DNA of 64,000 nucleotides from Psammoneis japonica. Lineage: Eukaryota. Position 1 is the first letter of the stretch. Each line of letters opens with the position of its first letter. The translations under genes were made by a program, and so were the position numbers. This document shows, one piece after another, positions 11,196-25,123 of the stretch. The stretch is from positions 124,001 through 188,000 of the forward strand of contig QPGO01000077.1 in the NCBI GenBank assembly GCA_008632985.1, given 5' to 3'. The notes below the pieces were generated by a model. The model saw only the letters and a program-made list of their open reading frames with translations. It ran no database searches and was not told where the DNA came from.

Positions 11196-14100
11196 CTAGG
11201 CTTCAAATTCCTTCACATCATCCGCATCTTCAATGCCCCCCGCAGCCTTCTCAAGGTCTTGGGTAACATCTTCTACATCGCCAGTGGTATCTTTTGCGAT
11301 CATGGGATCGTCCTGAAGTGAAACAGGTCCATCCTTCTCAGGTCTAAAATCTTCCGACGTGGTGCCACTCCCTTCGGCGGCGGCGGCAATACCAGCGGCA
11401 TCGGCTACCTCTCCTCCCTCGCCACTGCCCCCCTTTTCTCCCGTGTGAAAAACACTGGCGCTCGTTTTCGGTCCGACCTTTAGAAAGTCACAGTCCATAC
11501 TCATGAGTGCGACCGGCAAAAACCAGCATCCCACAAAGTAGCTAACAAACATGACAATGATCAAGGGCCGGAAGAAGTAGACACTGTTGAACTCAAAGTC
11601 CGTGAACGCCAAACACACCACACCAATTGTCGATGAAATGAAGGATAGGGTCAGAGGTAGCGTCAGGAACTTCATCGTGTAATGTACGCGTTTCTGGGAA
11701 TCGTTGAAGTATTGCGGAGCCGACAAAAATCGGTGAACGACATGGCAAGAATACTCCACGCTAAAGCCAACGGATAAGACAAAGCTCATCATTCCAAAGG
11801 CCGTCCAGTTCACATCAAACAGGGAACTCAGGCCAACAACCACGACGAGGGTAATGGCGCAGCTGAGGACAATCAAAAGCGCTCCCACCACACTCGCTAA
11901 AGCAATCTTTTTCCTTCCGTGCTGACCTTCGGAATACAGTTGCGAGAACAAAAAGAGACCAGAAACTCCAAAGCCCACAGCTAAACAGATGCCTACATAG
12001 TAGAGGAACAGACGTCGTAACGATGAGACAAAAAGTCGGACAACTAACCGGACTGTCTCACATCTGCACAGGTACTACTTACCTGCAATCTCAAGAAGGA
12101 GATTCTCAACCCAAAGATATTGTTCCCAGTAGTCGAAAGGAATTCCACTCATCCAACAATGGAGTTCTTCGTTTTCGTCACAGACCGCCCTTGTCTCTGT
12201 AATCATTTCTACGGTTTCCTCATGAGAGAATAGGTCGTAGGCAAACATTGATGGAGACTGCGAAATTGCGATTGGCACTTTTACTGTGTCATCATTATAG
12301 AAGTCTCCTTCGCACTCTTCGTAGGGAGTGGCTGTGCCGGTCTCGACGACAAGGTTTCCTCCCCCGCCGGTGTGCAAGCGCCATTGCTCAACACAAAACT
12401 GAAGTTTGTTATCCGACCACCCTTCAAACACAGGGCAGTAGACTTGTCCCCCGGCTACGTCAATCTGCAACTCGACAACATCGCCGGGATGCATTTGGTC
12501 TGCGGGTCGACAAATTCCGCCCTCAAAGGGGTTGCAGGTCTCTGACCGGGGATCGTCAAATGATTTTTGCTTCAAGTTGTAGACGTTCTCTCGCCAGGTT
12601 CCGCTACATGTAGTATTGTCCTCGGGAAAGACTTGATCGCTACCGCATTCCTTCACATCGGGGTCGTCTCTGTCGAAATTCTCAGCGCACTGACGCGTAG
12701 TCCAAATGGCAAAATCAGCCATCCAGAGTTGCTTTGTGTCTGTTTCAGCAATGTGCGGAGTTGCTACAACTTCTTCGAATTGTTTGATCATCTTCATTTG
12801 CACGTCGGGGTTTGAGTAATTCAGGGCGCCCCAAGTCACCAAGACGCTCCAGGAAGCCAGCGATTCTGACCTAGTTGTTGCCCACACATTCGCTTGATGA
12901 TCGGTGGGAAAGAACTCCTCCACACCGAGACCTGATGAAGTCAACAGAAAAGCAGGGGTAAGTGTATAATAGCGAGTTCCAACCAAGTCATTCTAAACAC
13001 GCTATGCTCACAACGCACCGAGTTTTCGTTCAGTAATACCCCAGATACCAACCCCTAGCAGAGCAAGCGTCGCTAGCCAAATGAAGATACGATTCAACTT
13101 TGGTAAGAGTTTGTCGCCAAAGACGAGTGGATGGTAGACCTTGTCGTACAGGAGTGTAGAAGTATCTTCGGGGTAGCGCTCAGCTATATTCTGAAAACGA
13201 GTTTTCTGCGGCGCTTCCTCCTCGTTTCCTTCCTCTGTTTCTTCGTTTGGCTCGCTGATCGTCTCCTCTTTCTTCAGGCAGAACAGTACGTCGTAGCGGT
13301 TTTTCAGCTGGCGTTTCATATCTTGGTAGCAGTAAGCCGGGAAACAAAACATTACCGCCAAGTACAAGAATATCACTGAGATCAATGCTGCTTGCGCGGT
13401 CTTGTAAATGGCTTGAATGTCAGAAACATTCATTACGGCAAACATGCTGGCATTGACAAGACTGGTCATGCTAATAGGCACAATGACCTGCTTCATTCCG
13501 GCGATAAAGTCGCGTTTGGTATATCCTCCACGTGCTTTTAATGCAAGAAGCACAATGTACATATCGTCCACACCCAGGCCGATGATAATAAATGGTAGAC
13601 TCCAAGCAATGTTGATGTTGATCTTGATGCCGATGAGAATGCAGAACCCAATGGCGGCGAAAAACGAAATGATAACCAATCCAACTCCCACGAGAGTCAC
13701 CAAGACGCGAGATTCTACAGGATCGCAGCTAAACAGGAAAATGCAGGAGAGAACGGCAATAAGAACAATCGAAATTGCCATGAGCTTTCCGTTGTCGAGC
13801 GTAATATCTCCAAGCAAACGTGAGAATGTTCCTGGTGCTCCGCCCTGGTCATCGTAAAATCCAACAAATTGCACTTCCCCAGCGTCCGCTTTGTTCCAGT
13901 CTCTAGTCCAGGTGTCTTCCATGCCCTCCTTCCAAAGCTTCAGAACCTCTTCGGCGTCTTCTTCCGTGATTTCGATAGCGCCTCCCGGGCGATTGCAATT
14001 CTTGACTTTTTCCACCAAATCGCGGGTCGTTCCAGTCGCATAGATTGATTGGATTACGCCGACGCTTTTGAGGGGGTTGGTGGAATTATAAAGCTGAACC

Positions 14101-16094
14101 GATGGAATGGCTTCACCAATCAAGAGATTGCGATCCAAAGCTCCAACGGATACGCCTTCGTCAATGTAGTACAGCTCCCGAGACGCGTTATGTAGAACAG
14201 AAGCATCAGATTGATCAGTGTAGGGGTCTCGCTGTCCTTTAAGTTCGTATCCACAGCCCTGTCCACTTGTCCAGATATAAGGGTCGCTCTGTCCTTGGAC
14301 AATTCCTAAGAATCCGGGAGAATCAATAACAAGGTCATAAAACATCTTTGCAAACGTCTGCTGTGTTGCCTCGCCCTCCTCGACCGTGTTGTATTCTGTA
14401 CACCACCGCTGGGTCAAAAGTCCAGCAGCCGCTGCGGCGGTAGGACCGTCAAGAGCAGCAATGCCGGTGTTGGTTCCGGTCAGATTGCCATTTCCACATT
14501 CTACAGAAACAAATCGAGAGGAAATTCTCGAGTCAGCACGGCGACATCAAGCAACATCGAGCTAGTGAGCATCATCATGTACGTACCTGCTACCATTGGT
14601 GTTACTCCTGCCATGAACCACTTATAAATAGGATCCGTCTCCACAGCTGCCGCCCAGCCAGCGTCTGGCGTCAATGGATCCGGGACACCTACATAAAGTG
14701 GACTCCAGCCAGGCTGTTTGTAGTTGGTGGCATCAAAGTAAGCAATGCCACTTAAGGGAGTTCCACTCAAATTGATTCCAGAACCAGATACCGGAGACGT
14801 TCCCGCAAACATCGCGCCGGTACCATCCCCACTGCTCCAAAATGGAAAGGGACTACCAGCAGTCGTGATGCTTGAGAATTCATTGTCGGCATGATTAATG
14901 AGCGCGGCTTGCGCTTCAGCTTCGGTCACAGTCAAAGGACACATGGACGCGTTCCCACCGCTCGCAACGACGCACGCTTGGCCAAGCGGCGATGCCATGA
15001 TGTTCGCGTAGTTCTCCATGTACGAAGTGTCGCCAAGCTGCGAATAAAGGGTACGTGTAACGTAATACGTGTAGAACTCTTCGACCGCAGCACGGTCGAC
15101 TGTTTGTGCGATCCCTCCAACCTTTTGCAAGAGCGCACCCACCGCGGCAATATCTTGAGGGTCAGTTTCAGGTACCGCCTGAAGCGCATCTAGAAGGTTC
15201 TTCAACTCGAGTGCCATGACGCCAAACAAACCCTTTGTTCCTGCCGTAAGTCGTTCCATAGTGACCTCGAATGCGTTCTCGAAACAAACACGACATGGGT
15301 GATTGAGTTCCAAGTCGCTAATGTCTGAGAATAGCTTCAGAGGATTCGCATAGTCGTCAGGATAACCTTGAGACGTAGCGAAGTCCTGATTGGTACGTAG
15401 CGCCAGCGTCTCATCACATGCGTTACTAATGGAGGTATTTCCCCCCAGAGAAGAGCAGACGCCTTGCATGATACCAAACCGTGGAACGCGAGGCTTGACC
15501 AAGCGCTTGCCAATCACTTCATTGTACCAAGTGACGCGGTCCGTCTCATCAAAGAACCAGCGTGCTTCTTGGAACAAATCCATGGGCGACAACCGCAAAC
15601 ACGGAAACTCGTACGTGGTACCCAATCCCGCATTGTTTGAAAAACACAAGTCGTCCCATGTGAAAGTGTTACCGTTGTACTCCACCTGAAATAACAACAT
15701 TACAAAACGCAGCGTAAGTCGACAGGAACGCTGCTGAAATAATATGAGCGACGAAGGATCTTACGGTTGTTGACTCTGTTTCCTCCATACGAACCCTGAT
15801 CTCCTCCAATCGGCTCGCCGTGAAAAGATTTTCGCCATCGCGACTGACGGCCATGGCGAGGAAGGTGGACGTGGTCAGGTCGTCCTCTCCCCTGACCTCG
15901 GACTCATACTCCTTATCCTTGTAGTACGCGCCACCGGATCGACTCCAAATGTTGTAGACAGAGTCTTCAACATAGTCATCCTGCGTCCAACCAAAGCTGA
16001 GCAACAAGATATACGTGATTGGGAGAATCAACAGAAACGCCCACGCGAACTTGGGCCGCGTCATGGCGTCAAACAACTGGCTCTTCTTCCCCAT
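11196..16094 (-). CDS. Patched/NPC1-like sterol-sensing-domain (RND) membrane protein, 5 exons
   Basis: SSD motif LPFIIIGLGVDDMYI, C-terminal SVGFSVEYSCHVVHRF, many TM segments. GT-AG introns keep frame with exons 16094-15765, 15685-14587, 14500-13019, 12931-12083, 11992-11196. Confidence 0.9.
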
Positions 16095-16659
16095 GGTTGT
16101 ATCGCTTGTTTCTTGCTACACTTCTAATGACAATCGTATCTTTCTGCTTTCCTCTGCTTTATCGATTTGCGTTCTTCGTTTTAGGCTCGTGTCAATCTTG
16201 ATTGACTTTTTGTGTGATGCGATTTTTCGATCGGCTCTCTCGTTGGTCGTTGGAAAATGTGGCTGATGCCTCCGTACGAGGATTTTGTACGAAAGCTCAT
16301 GTAGAAATTTAGCGTTCGCAAACGTGACACCAGTGTCTTTCCCACGAATTTGGTTCGTGGGAGGCGTTACGGAAGTTGCACTCCTGTTTCATTGTACGTA
16401 ACTTGAATACGAGAAATGACGTATGTACATTGTTATTGCTGCTCTACGACGCAGAAACGGTTTCGACGTCACGATGACGGCATCAGTGTTCCCTCTGCCA
16501 ATGCGAGGTACACAAATTTTGATAGTCGATCTTGCAACAGATGTCGTGTCAAATAAAAATGTCCAAAATCGCCGCCCGGGCGGGTGGGTTCACCCCGCCC
16601 CCCGCCACAGCCACACGACAGTGCACAATGCACGAGAGGAAAGAGAAAGCAACACATAA

Positions 16660-19600
16660 AGCAATTTTCATGTGCCCCCAGATAGATGCAAACCGGTGCG
16701 CGAGGCAGGTAGGAGTCGTCCCGTCAGTGTCCAGCTCGTGCTCGCCAGTCGCCGTAGCAGGAGGTCGCCACCAGATTGACTGCAGATCGCACTGCAATCC
16801 ACAATGACACAGCTGAGCTTTGATGCTGCCAACCGTGAGTTTGAGTGTTCTCTCGAACTTGCCCGAAATGCTGAATCGAACATCAGGGTCAGAGGTTCTA
16901 CAAAAGAACACCAACTCGTTTCATTGACGTGCAGGCTCTACACTGCTGGAAGAACATGCACGCGTCTTGGTGACGCTGGATCTCATGAAAGAATCTGCCC
17001 AAACTCCTGCTCAGCAACGCCGGACGTGTTCCAGGTCTAGGTGGGACCTCGCACTGCTGAACTGTGACATCGACAGTTTTTTGAATCACGTCGCATGTCG
17101 CGCACGTAGATTTCTACGTGATTTTTTCGACATCTTGTGTCATTTTACGGCACACTCATTGAGCGATCCGTCCAAAAACTTTTGACATTTGTTGTTACAG
17201 CGCGATTCTATGATGTCTTAAAAATCGCGTAGGGCAGGTGCATTTGCAAAAACGTCGAGTGGTGAGAGGCAAAATTGCACCACAAACTTGGCCGTTTATT
17301 TGATGTTGAAGACAAATGCATCCATTGGTTAAATTCTCGTGCTGCGGAGCTCGCACGTAGAATTCTACGGGCCCAATGTCACACGGAGTCCCACCCAGGG
17401 CTGGAACGCGTCGCCGCTTCAAGGAGGCAAAATCTTGTTTTCGTGACGCTGTTGCTCCCCTTGCTCCCCATGAGAATTCTCCTCGAGGCCATGTGCAGGA
17501 GTTTGTGCGATGGAGCATCAGTTTGAGATTTCGGAAGCAAAGAATCAGAGATCGCCACTGCTCCCGGTGGCGACATTTCCCAAGTGCAAATTGTGGCTGC
17601 TTCTAAAAAGAGCCGGTGACCCACACCGCACAGCAGAAGTTAAGAGACTGTCCTCTTGGATCTCGCCACCATGCAGTGCAGTGGCATCAGATTTGTTCTT
17701 GCAGTGCTGCTCAATTGCTCAACCAAAGTCTGCAGTGGTGGCAGCAGTGCATTGCAGCAGGCACCGCTCCGAAAGCATTCTCACAATCATGGCATGTTGG
17801 AAATGCCTCCAAGATTTTGAGGACAACACAAGCACTGGCATGTCTTGAGACATTCATGCCCCAATCATGCAATTCCGTCACTTTGATGGCAAACGAGTGT
17901 GGCGAGCAACCTGCTCTCTTGCTTTTCTGGAGCATGGGCTGACAATGAGAAGCAATGCATGCCGCATGCCGGCAAACTGCATCATTGCCAAGATGCGAGC
18001 TGCTTTGTCGCATGATGTCAAAGAGAAGCAAGTTCAAGCAGAAGCTTTTGAAAAACTGGCAAAGGCGTGAGGTGTCTCAATGCCCGACAATGACGATGAA
18101 CTCAGAACTGCAATTAAAGGTGCCTCTGATCCACAGAAGAATCGACGGGCCTTTGAGTTCAGGGTCGCCGACACACTCGACAAAGGATGCAGTGGAATTG
18201 CTCATGGAGCCACTCACGTCATTGCCGACCATGGAGTTGCTGTGGAATTGTTTGCTTGCAGGTGACACTTCATTGGGAGGATGTCAGGAAAGAGATTGAG
18301 CTGCAGATGTCTTTTTCTCACCCAGGAATCCTTGGCTCTTCTTAGACTGCCACCGTCCGAACAAGAAGACTCAGACATGCATTCAGCTGGCTCTGTAGAT
18401 GATGTTGAGCTTTCCATGTTTTTCGTCATTTGGATTTTGGGGCAGCGTCCCACCGGATCCTTGCTTGATCTCGCGCGTTCGATCCCAACAACTCAGTTGT
18501 CTGCAAGAAGAAGACGTTGCCAGATGCATTGCGGACATTGCTTCTGGGCTTGATCATTTGCATTCTGAGAAAAGACTCACCCAAGTGTTGTTATGATGCA
18601 GCGTTTTGGGTCAGGCCAGCCACACTTCGAGAGTTTGGGCCAATGTTGGGAGTGATGGATTGGTCCATTCACACTCTGGCGGGAATGGCAGACCCGGCCG
18701 ACTTCATTTGGTCACTGAATGACAATCCAATTTGCAATGAAGCAGTTCATTTTGGCGCAATTGTGTGTGGACAATGCTGCCGTTCACCAGGCTTGAAAAT
18801 GTTGGTGTCTTCATTGTTTGTGTCACTTTGCAAGGAGATCACAGTGGACTGCGACAGTGGATTCTTTCCCTTCCACAACCGGGTTATGCTGGTTGCCAAC
18901 TCGTTCTTAAGAGACGATTTTCCAAGAAAAATCTAGCCACTCTCCTTGGACGATGTCTCCCTTGAAAGGCTTCTGTTTGCCACACAGTGCAAGATGATCA
19001 GGCGGGTGACAAGGCCACATTCATGACATCAAACGAGGCACACTCAAACATGTCAAGAGAAGGCATCTTGTTTGAATCTTCTTCAATTTGTTTGAATCTG
19101 GTTGGCACAAGTGAGCACAACAAAGTTGGCAGTGCGGAGTTGTTCGAGCAGCCTGGTCATCATGTCCAAACACCCAGCTGCTTCTTGGTGAAAGAAGGTC
19201 ACAGTGCAGGAGGATTCAGTGTGGCAGCATGCTCACCAAGTTGACACCAGAAGAAGAAGAAGCTAATTTGCAGGACCAACAAGCCACACAGCTTGTTCAA
19301 TGTGAGACACACAGCGGACCAAGGGCAACGACGACACTGGCTTGACTCACGCGTGAGTTTGGGATGACCGTCGTTGCACCAGCCTTTGAGTTGCTGGGAA
19401 ACCCTGCAGTTGACATGAAAAGGGCTGGTCCTTGCCCCCACATGGAGTGGGACAGCACCAAAGAAGGAGCAGGTGGCACAACAGTGCACACCGCCCACCA
19501 CACACCAAGAAGCTGGGGGTGTGTTTCTGACACTTTCCTCTCTGCCAAAAGGAAGCTCTTGACCCAAACGTGTTCTTGGAAGTGACAAAGGACAAAACCA

Positions 19601-20100
19601 TCAGCTGAGTGTCTGTGTTTGTGACACCCTGCCACTTCTGAGAGAGCAGGCATGTGTTCCCCACACCCGGCCAGCTCAGAGCACCTCGGGTTTCTTTCAC
19701 ACTGGGTTGTTGCTTTTTCTCCTCCCAGTTGCAGTGGCATCATGTCGGTTTCAATCATCAACTCCACAATCAAATGCAACAAGAACAGCTCTTTCTAGCA
19801 TGTGGATGCATGCCATTGTCTCGACACTGCCAGCAGAGCTGCCTCGCTTTGCATGCCGCACCAGTGCCAATGCTGCAATGATGGCACACCGCCCGGTGAG
19901 AGTTCGGAGTGCCAATGAATCACGAGGAGTGAGTCGTTGAGTCACGAGCATTACGTCACCAAAACGTCAGCAAATGCCAGAAGGCCATTTTAGAAACATC
20001 TTGATAAAATTTAGATTTTCTGAAAAATAGCAAGCAATTTAGCCATTTTATTGTCAGAAAATGGTACTTTGGAGAAGGTTTTTCGCAAATGAAAAAAGGT
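16660..20100. mobile_element. TpA-depleted island of unidentified origin (decayed TE or gene copy)
   Basis: Clear compositional change between two normal genes; fragmented ORFs with no recognisable domain. Confidence 0.45.
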
Positions 20101-20180
20101 CAGAAATTCGCGTCTGAACGTTCGACAACGCCCTCTTGTTGTTGTTGACACTGTGAAGAGAAGAGAGAACAAAAACAACC

Positions 20181-23088
20181 ATGAAGGCCTTGATTGTGTC
20201 ACAGGCCGCACTCGTGATGCTGCCTCCCATTGTGGAGTCGGCCCCGCAAAAACTTTTTGGCGCAACATTCGCAAAGAAGTGAGTCCGATGATGTGCCATT
20301 GTGCGTTGGAAGTGCTACGCTGATTTACGTAGAATTCAGTACTAACTGCCGCCTGGCAGAGAACAACACGACTTAGCGCCGCTGCGGTGACATGTGATTC
20401 ATGGCGTTCTGTTGGGCGAACTTGATGCGAATGGGACGCTCGTTTGAGCGGAGAGCAGAGGTGCCTTCACGTCTTCGAGTTGGGACTTCAGATATTCTTT
20501 TTTCTCATGTTTCCTAAGGTCTAAGCTTTCCTTCTCTGTTGTTTCTCTATGCCTTTTCAGTCTCTTGAACGGTGACGCGATTGCTGCTCGTCGTTCATCC
20601 GAACAACGTCGTGTTCTTCTTTCGGAGAATACGCCTACGTTTCTGAACAATCACCGGCGGTTCAGTTCCGTTCCAGACAGGACGAAATCGCATTCTGCAC
20701 ACAGTCAGCCCGCTTGCGATGCCTCGTTTCTCAACTGCGCTCATGATGAAGCGTGTGTCACGTGTTTCTTGTCTCTGGAATCCAAGGGAATCGATTGGGC
20801 GTCCGTCACTCCTGATACTCCCTGTAGCGACGTGACGAAAGTTCTTTTTGACTCTGGACACTGTACTGAACTAAAGGGAAATAGCGATTCGACGGATACG
20901 TTCTGTAAGACATTTGACGATTGCGTTATCTGGGATGAGGTTCCAGACGAGGGTGAAAAGGAACAGGAGGATAAACTGGATTGCGATGCCTTGACGGAAT
21001 GCAAGTGGGATGGAATGTATGAGGGCTTTGTTGGAGACGGAATCTGCCACGATGGAATCGACTGCTACAATCACGCCATTTGTGACTATGATGGAGGTGA
21101 TTGTTGCGAAGACACGTGCGAGACCAAGGCAGAGTCTTTCTTTGTGGAGTGTGGTATGGAAGGATATCATTGCCGTGATACACAGAGCGAGAACTGTGAT
21201 CCAAAGTTAACGTCTAATTGCGAGAAGAAAGATGATGATCCCAAACCCAAATCAATCGAGTGCCAACCGGACCAGACACCCTACCGCCTAGAAATGTACG
21301 ACTCGTTTGGTGACGGTTGGGATGAAACCAGCCTGTACATGACGAGCAAAAGCAACAAGAACAAAGTTGCTTTTAAGGGTGGCCTCAAAGAGGGTAGTCA
21401 CGGCACTGAATACATTTGCCTTTCAAACACTCCGGAGTGTTACAGCGTTCAAGTGTCTGGAGGTATCTGGGGTAACGAGGTATCTTGGGAAATCAAGCCG
21501 TACGCGGAGGGCTCTCCTGCTGTCGCAGACGGTGGATCGCCCATGGACTGTGAGTTCAGTGTTGCGGGTGAAGTTTGCATGCGCACGTGCGACGGCAAGC
21601 CCAACAAGGACGTCAACGACGATCCCGACTACAAGAACTACAAGAAGCTCATGACGTGCATGGAGGACAAGTGCGTCATTCAAATTTCTTCCTGCAAGGA
21701 CGACAAATCGTGTGCTCCGTGCCTGTCGGATGCCGCTCCTGAGTACTGCTACGCCAATGCCAATTTCAATGCTCTCGTGGATTGCGGCCTCTGTCGCTGC
21801 ACCAAGAGTAGCGATGAATTGACGGATTTTTGTCAGGAAAAGGCAGCGCCGGGAGTTGTCATTCCTCCTGAAGCGATTGACCATGATACAGTAGTTGAAA
21901 AGCCCTGCTCTGCTGCTGAAACTATGAAGGGATCTTCCGCGGTGTTGGCTTTTTCCAAGTGCTCTAATCTCGAGGACATTGGAATGATGGTTACTGAATT
22001 TGATCAAAGCAACTTTGGTGCCTTGGACGCTTTTGAGTCCTGCGCCCACTCTTTCAAGAGCGAAAGCATGCACGGAGGCAAGAAGGCTTTGGGCTGTATG
22101 CAGATTTTGGCAAATGCCATCGAGAATCCGACTGATGGTATTGATAATCCGAATGCCCCTGCCGACGCCATCAAGGCACTTGCCGAAGCCATTTACCATA
22201 ATGCGGAAAGCTTTTGTGACTGCGCTCAGAAGGCTTCTAATGATTGTCCGTTATGCCCATCCTTCATGCATATCAAGACTCTTTTGTATGAGAGCCTTGA
22301 CGCTTGTCAAGCCTTGGACGAGATCGATTGTGATGCATGGAACGAGTTCTACGCGCCTTGCAAGAACAATCTGATTGGAATGTACAAGTCTGTCGATTTC
22401 TCCAAGAAGGCTCAATGTGAGTATTACATCATCGCAGCGTTGCTCCTATTAGAGTATTACATCATCGCAGCGTTGCTCCTATTATAGTCAACCGATTGAC
22501 GGTGCACGTTTTCTTTCTTTGTCCACAGGTGATTATGTTCAGAAAAACTGTGGCGGTGCCGGTGCATTCCCCGCATTCAGGAAGTTGGATTGTGGCAAGG
22601 AAATTCCCACGGAGGCTTGGGACTTTTATACCACGTACGAACGTAGCTGTATCAAGGGCGAGAGTGCCCCCAGTACTAGTCCACCTACAACTGGACCAAA
22701 ACCTTCCACCACAGCTCCTGGTCCCTCTCCTTCGACTCAGGCTCCTGCGACGCCTAGCGATGTGTCGCCTCGCGCGACGCCGAAGCCATACATCCCACCA
22801 GACAGTGGTGGCAAAGTAAAGCCCTATCAGCCGAAGGAGAAAAAGACGAAGAAGAAGGGTCATTTCTTCAGAAATATGATTATTATCCTAGCTATCGCTG
22901 GTGGAGCCTACTGGTACTACAAACGCCGGACTGGAGCGTTTGACTTTGTCCACTACAGAAGGTCCCGGAACGTTGCTGCCGACACTGAAATGTACAGCAG
23001 TTTGGCTATGGATGACGCGGGCTCGAGTACTTTTGAACCGCCCTCTCTTCCTCCGACACCAATGACGGTGGAAACCAGTATGACGTGA
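20181..23088 (+). CDS. Type I membrane Cys-rich protein with LNR/Notch-like repeat and YDSFGDGW domain, 3 exons
   Basis: Signal-like exon 20181-20278 (MKALIVSQAALVMLPPIVES, gtgagt donor) joins in frame to 20561-22416 and 22529-23088. GDGICHDGIDCYNHAICDYDGGDCC (LNR-like), Pro/Thr stalk, TM segment IIILAIAGGAYWYY. Confidence 0.8.
22419..22484 (+). repeat. Perfect 33-bp tandem duplication inside an intron
   Basis: gagtattacatcatcgcagcgttgctcctatta x2. Confidence 0.95.
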
Positions 23089-23318
23089 AGTGAGTAAAGG
23101 AAGGCAAGGATTCTCTAGAGATATTTATATAATTAAACCATTTTTTGAAGCGATGAAAGGACTTCAATAGGTCAAAAACTCTATGGGATGCGAGTGCAGA
23201 AGCCGACGGCAAAGGGCAAGGGATGGATGACGGCAGGTCGAACCCCAATTTGTTCTCTACTAGAGCTAGAGCTAGAGTCGAGTGATTCGATTGATGCATT
23301 GTTTCGCGCAATCACACA

Positions 23319-23640
23319 TACTACGAATTGCTGAACAATTGCGCGATACACGTGCCCGAAGGGTGATTGTTGCTTCGGGCACGAAATTCGAGCTTCGCGC
23401 ACGTAGAGACCGTAGAAAATATACCAGCATTCGAGAATGTCCGATTTGTGTAGATCACGTAGCACAGTACCACAGAGGTCATTGATGAAATTACTTCAAC
23501 GACTCATGCGACTACAATAAGATTTTCAATACCATGTACTATGTAGAATGGACATCTGCGCGAAGGAAGAATGTTGCTTCGGGCAACGATATTCGACCTT
23601 CGGGCACGTGTATCGCGCAATTGTTTTGCAATTTGTAGTA
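23319..23640. mobile_element. MITE-like element with terminal inverted repeats and a probable TA target duplication
   Basis: ta-ctacgaattgctgaacaattgcgcgatacacgtgcccgaagg ... ccttcgggcacgtgtatcgcgcaattgttttgcaatttgtag-ta; 29-bp perfect inverted core. Confidence 0.7.
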
Positions 23641-23789
23641 GGGCCCTACGCGCTCAACAGCCAACAGCCAACAGCCAACTCGACACGTCGTTTTCCTCCG
23701 ATCGAACGACCAACGACCCAAGCCAACGACCAAACTGCCGACCATTCCGCATCCCACCACAAAAGCTGCAACGCAAAGCCAACAATGCC

Positions 23790-25034
23790 ATGTCATACCT
23801 TTTGCTCACAAGACGCCAAGTGTCCACCTTGGCCGTAAAGTGTGCTGTAGGCGCAGTGATTGCAGCCCCGGTAGTTTCGATTTGCCAAGCTTCATTTTTT
23901 CTGCTTAACTACCGTCTCAACTACGCTCATGCTCCAAAGCCACCATGTCCTGCACGTGGGGCGCTCTTTGTAAAGCAAGACCAGAGCGAAGCAACAACAA
24001 AAGTTGTTGAAAATTTGTCACAACCGCCACTTCGAGTTTTGGTGATTGGAGACAGCCTAGCCATGGGGATTGGCCAAACAGAGTTGCTTTCGCCCATATT
24101 GCCAGTGTCTATTGCAAGGTCTTTGTCAAAAGCCTAGGGAGGGAGGATTATTGACTGGACCTGTCATGGAAAGCCGGGTTTGTCGGCTGCGCAGCTTGTG
24201 AGAGAAATAGAAGTGTTTCAAGAGCAAGAGACCACAAAGTGGAAAGAAGTTCCAGAGGATTCAAGCAGTGGTGTAACCTTTCAACAAATCGGTACAACAA
24301 ACGACGAATCAGAATGGAACAGATGGAGAAGTCTTTTAAAGCGACCGACGAATCCCAGAAATACAGACCAATATGATGTTGTGGTTGTTATCATTGGAAT
24401 GGGGGACTTGAAAAACGCAGTGCTACCGTTCCTTCGTGTTGACAATGAGGAAAACCACGGCGATCAACATAGCCATGGCTATCGAGGCGACCTGGAGCGC
24501 ATTAAGAACGTTTTCAAGTCTAGCTCTCCAGACAGCTCTGACAACCCACATGAAGTGAATCCTTTGGTTGTCTTTCCTGCGCTCCCTGGCAAACAAGTAC
24601 CAATTTTCCTCTGGCCGCCTTTGAAATGGTTCGTTATTCCTCTGATTGAAATGTTAGACGAGGAAAAGAAGGAAATTGCGCACGACGTCTTGAGTAAGGT
24701 CTTGTTTGTGAGAGAACCGACAAGTGAAGAATTTGGGGACTTTGAGGAGAGGAGGGGTCCGCATTATGTGATGCTCGGCACCGCGGACACTACTTTTGCG
24801 ATAACAGAAGCAGACACCAATCAAAGCGACAGGAAGGCCGTGTTAGGAATCGATAAGGGACAGGAATCGTACCGTGGCTTTTTCCGGTCACGTCCATTTG
24901 CCGGTTCTACTCTCGTTTCTCGAGATAGGATACATCCAAACGATGGGGGCTACGACTTTTGGGGTCGGGTGATTGCTTCAGAAATAATACAAAAGTGGGA
25001 AAAAGAAAGGAAAGCTACGGATTATAACTCATAG
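23790..25034 (+). pseudogene. SGNH/GDSL hydrolase-family gene with one in-frame TAG
   Basis: LVIGDSLA (block I) and DRIHPN (block V). The two ORFs share a frame and are split only by TAG at 24135-24137 (SKA*GGRIIDWTCHGKPG). Confidence 0.75.
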
Positions 25035-25123
25035 CTGTTGACTTCACATATGACGAAGAAAGTGCCTGTTTTCTTAGGCCAGTCTTCAGCAGCACGAAAG
25101 GCTCGGTGCACTCCGATCATAGC

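Noticed and set aside
21423..22199. Long antisense or alternative-frame ORFs over real genes (also 33458-34198, 40467-41057, 53857-54699)
   Set aside because: Shadow frames of well-supported coding sequences with no motifs of their own.
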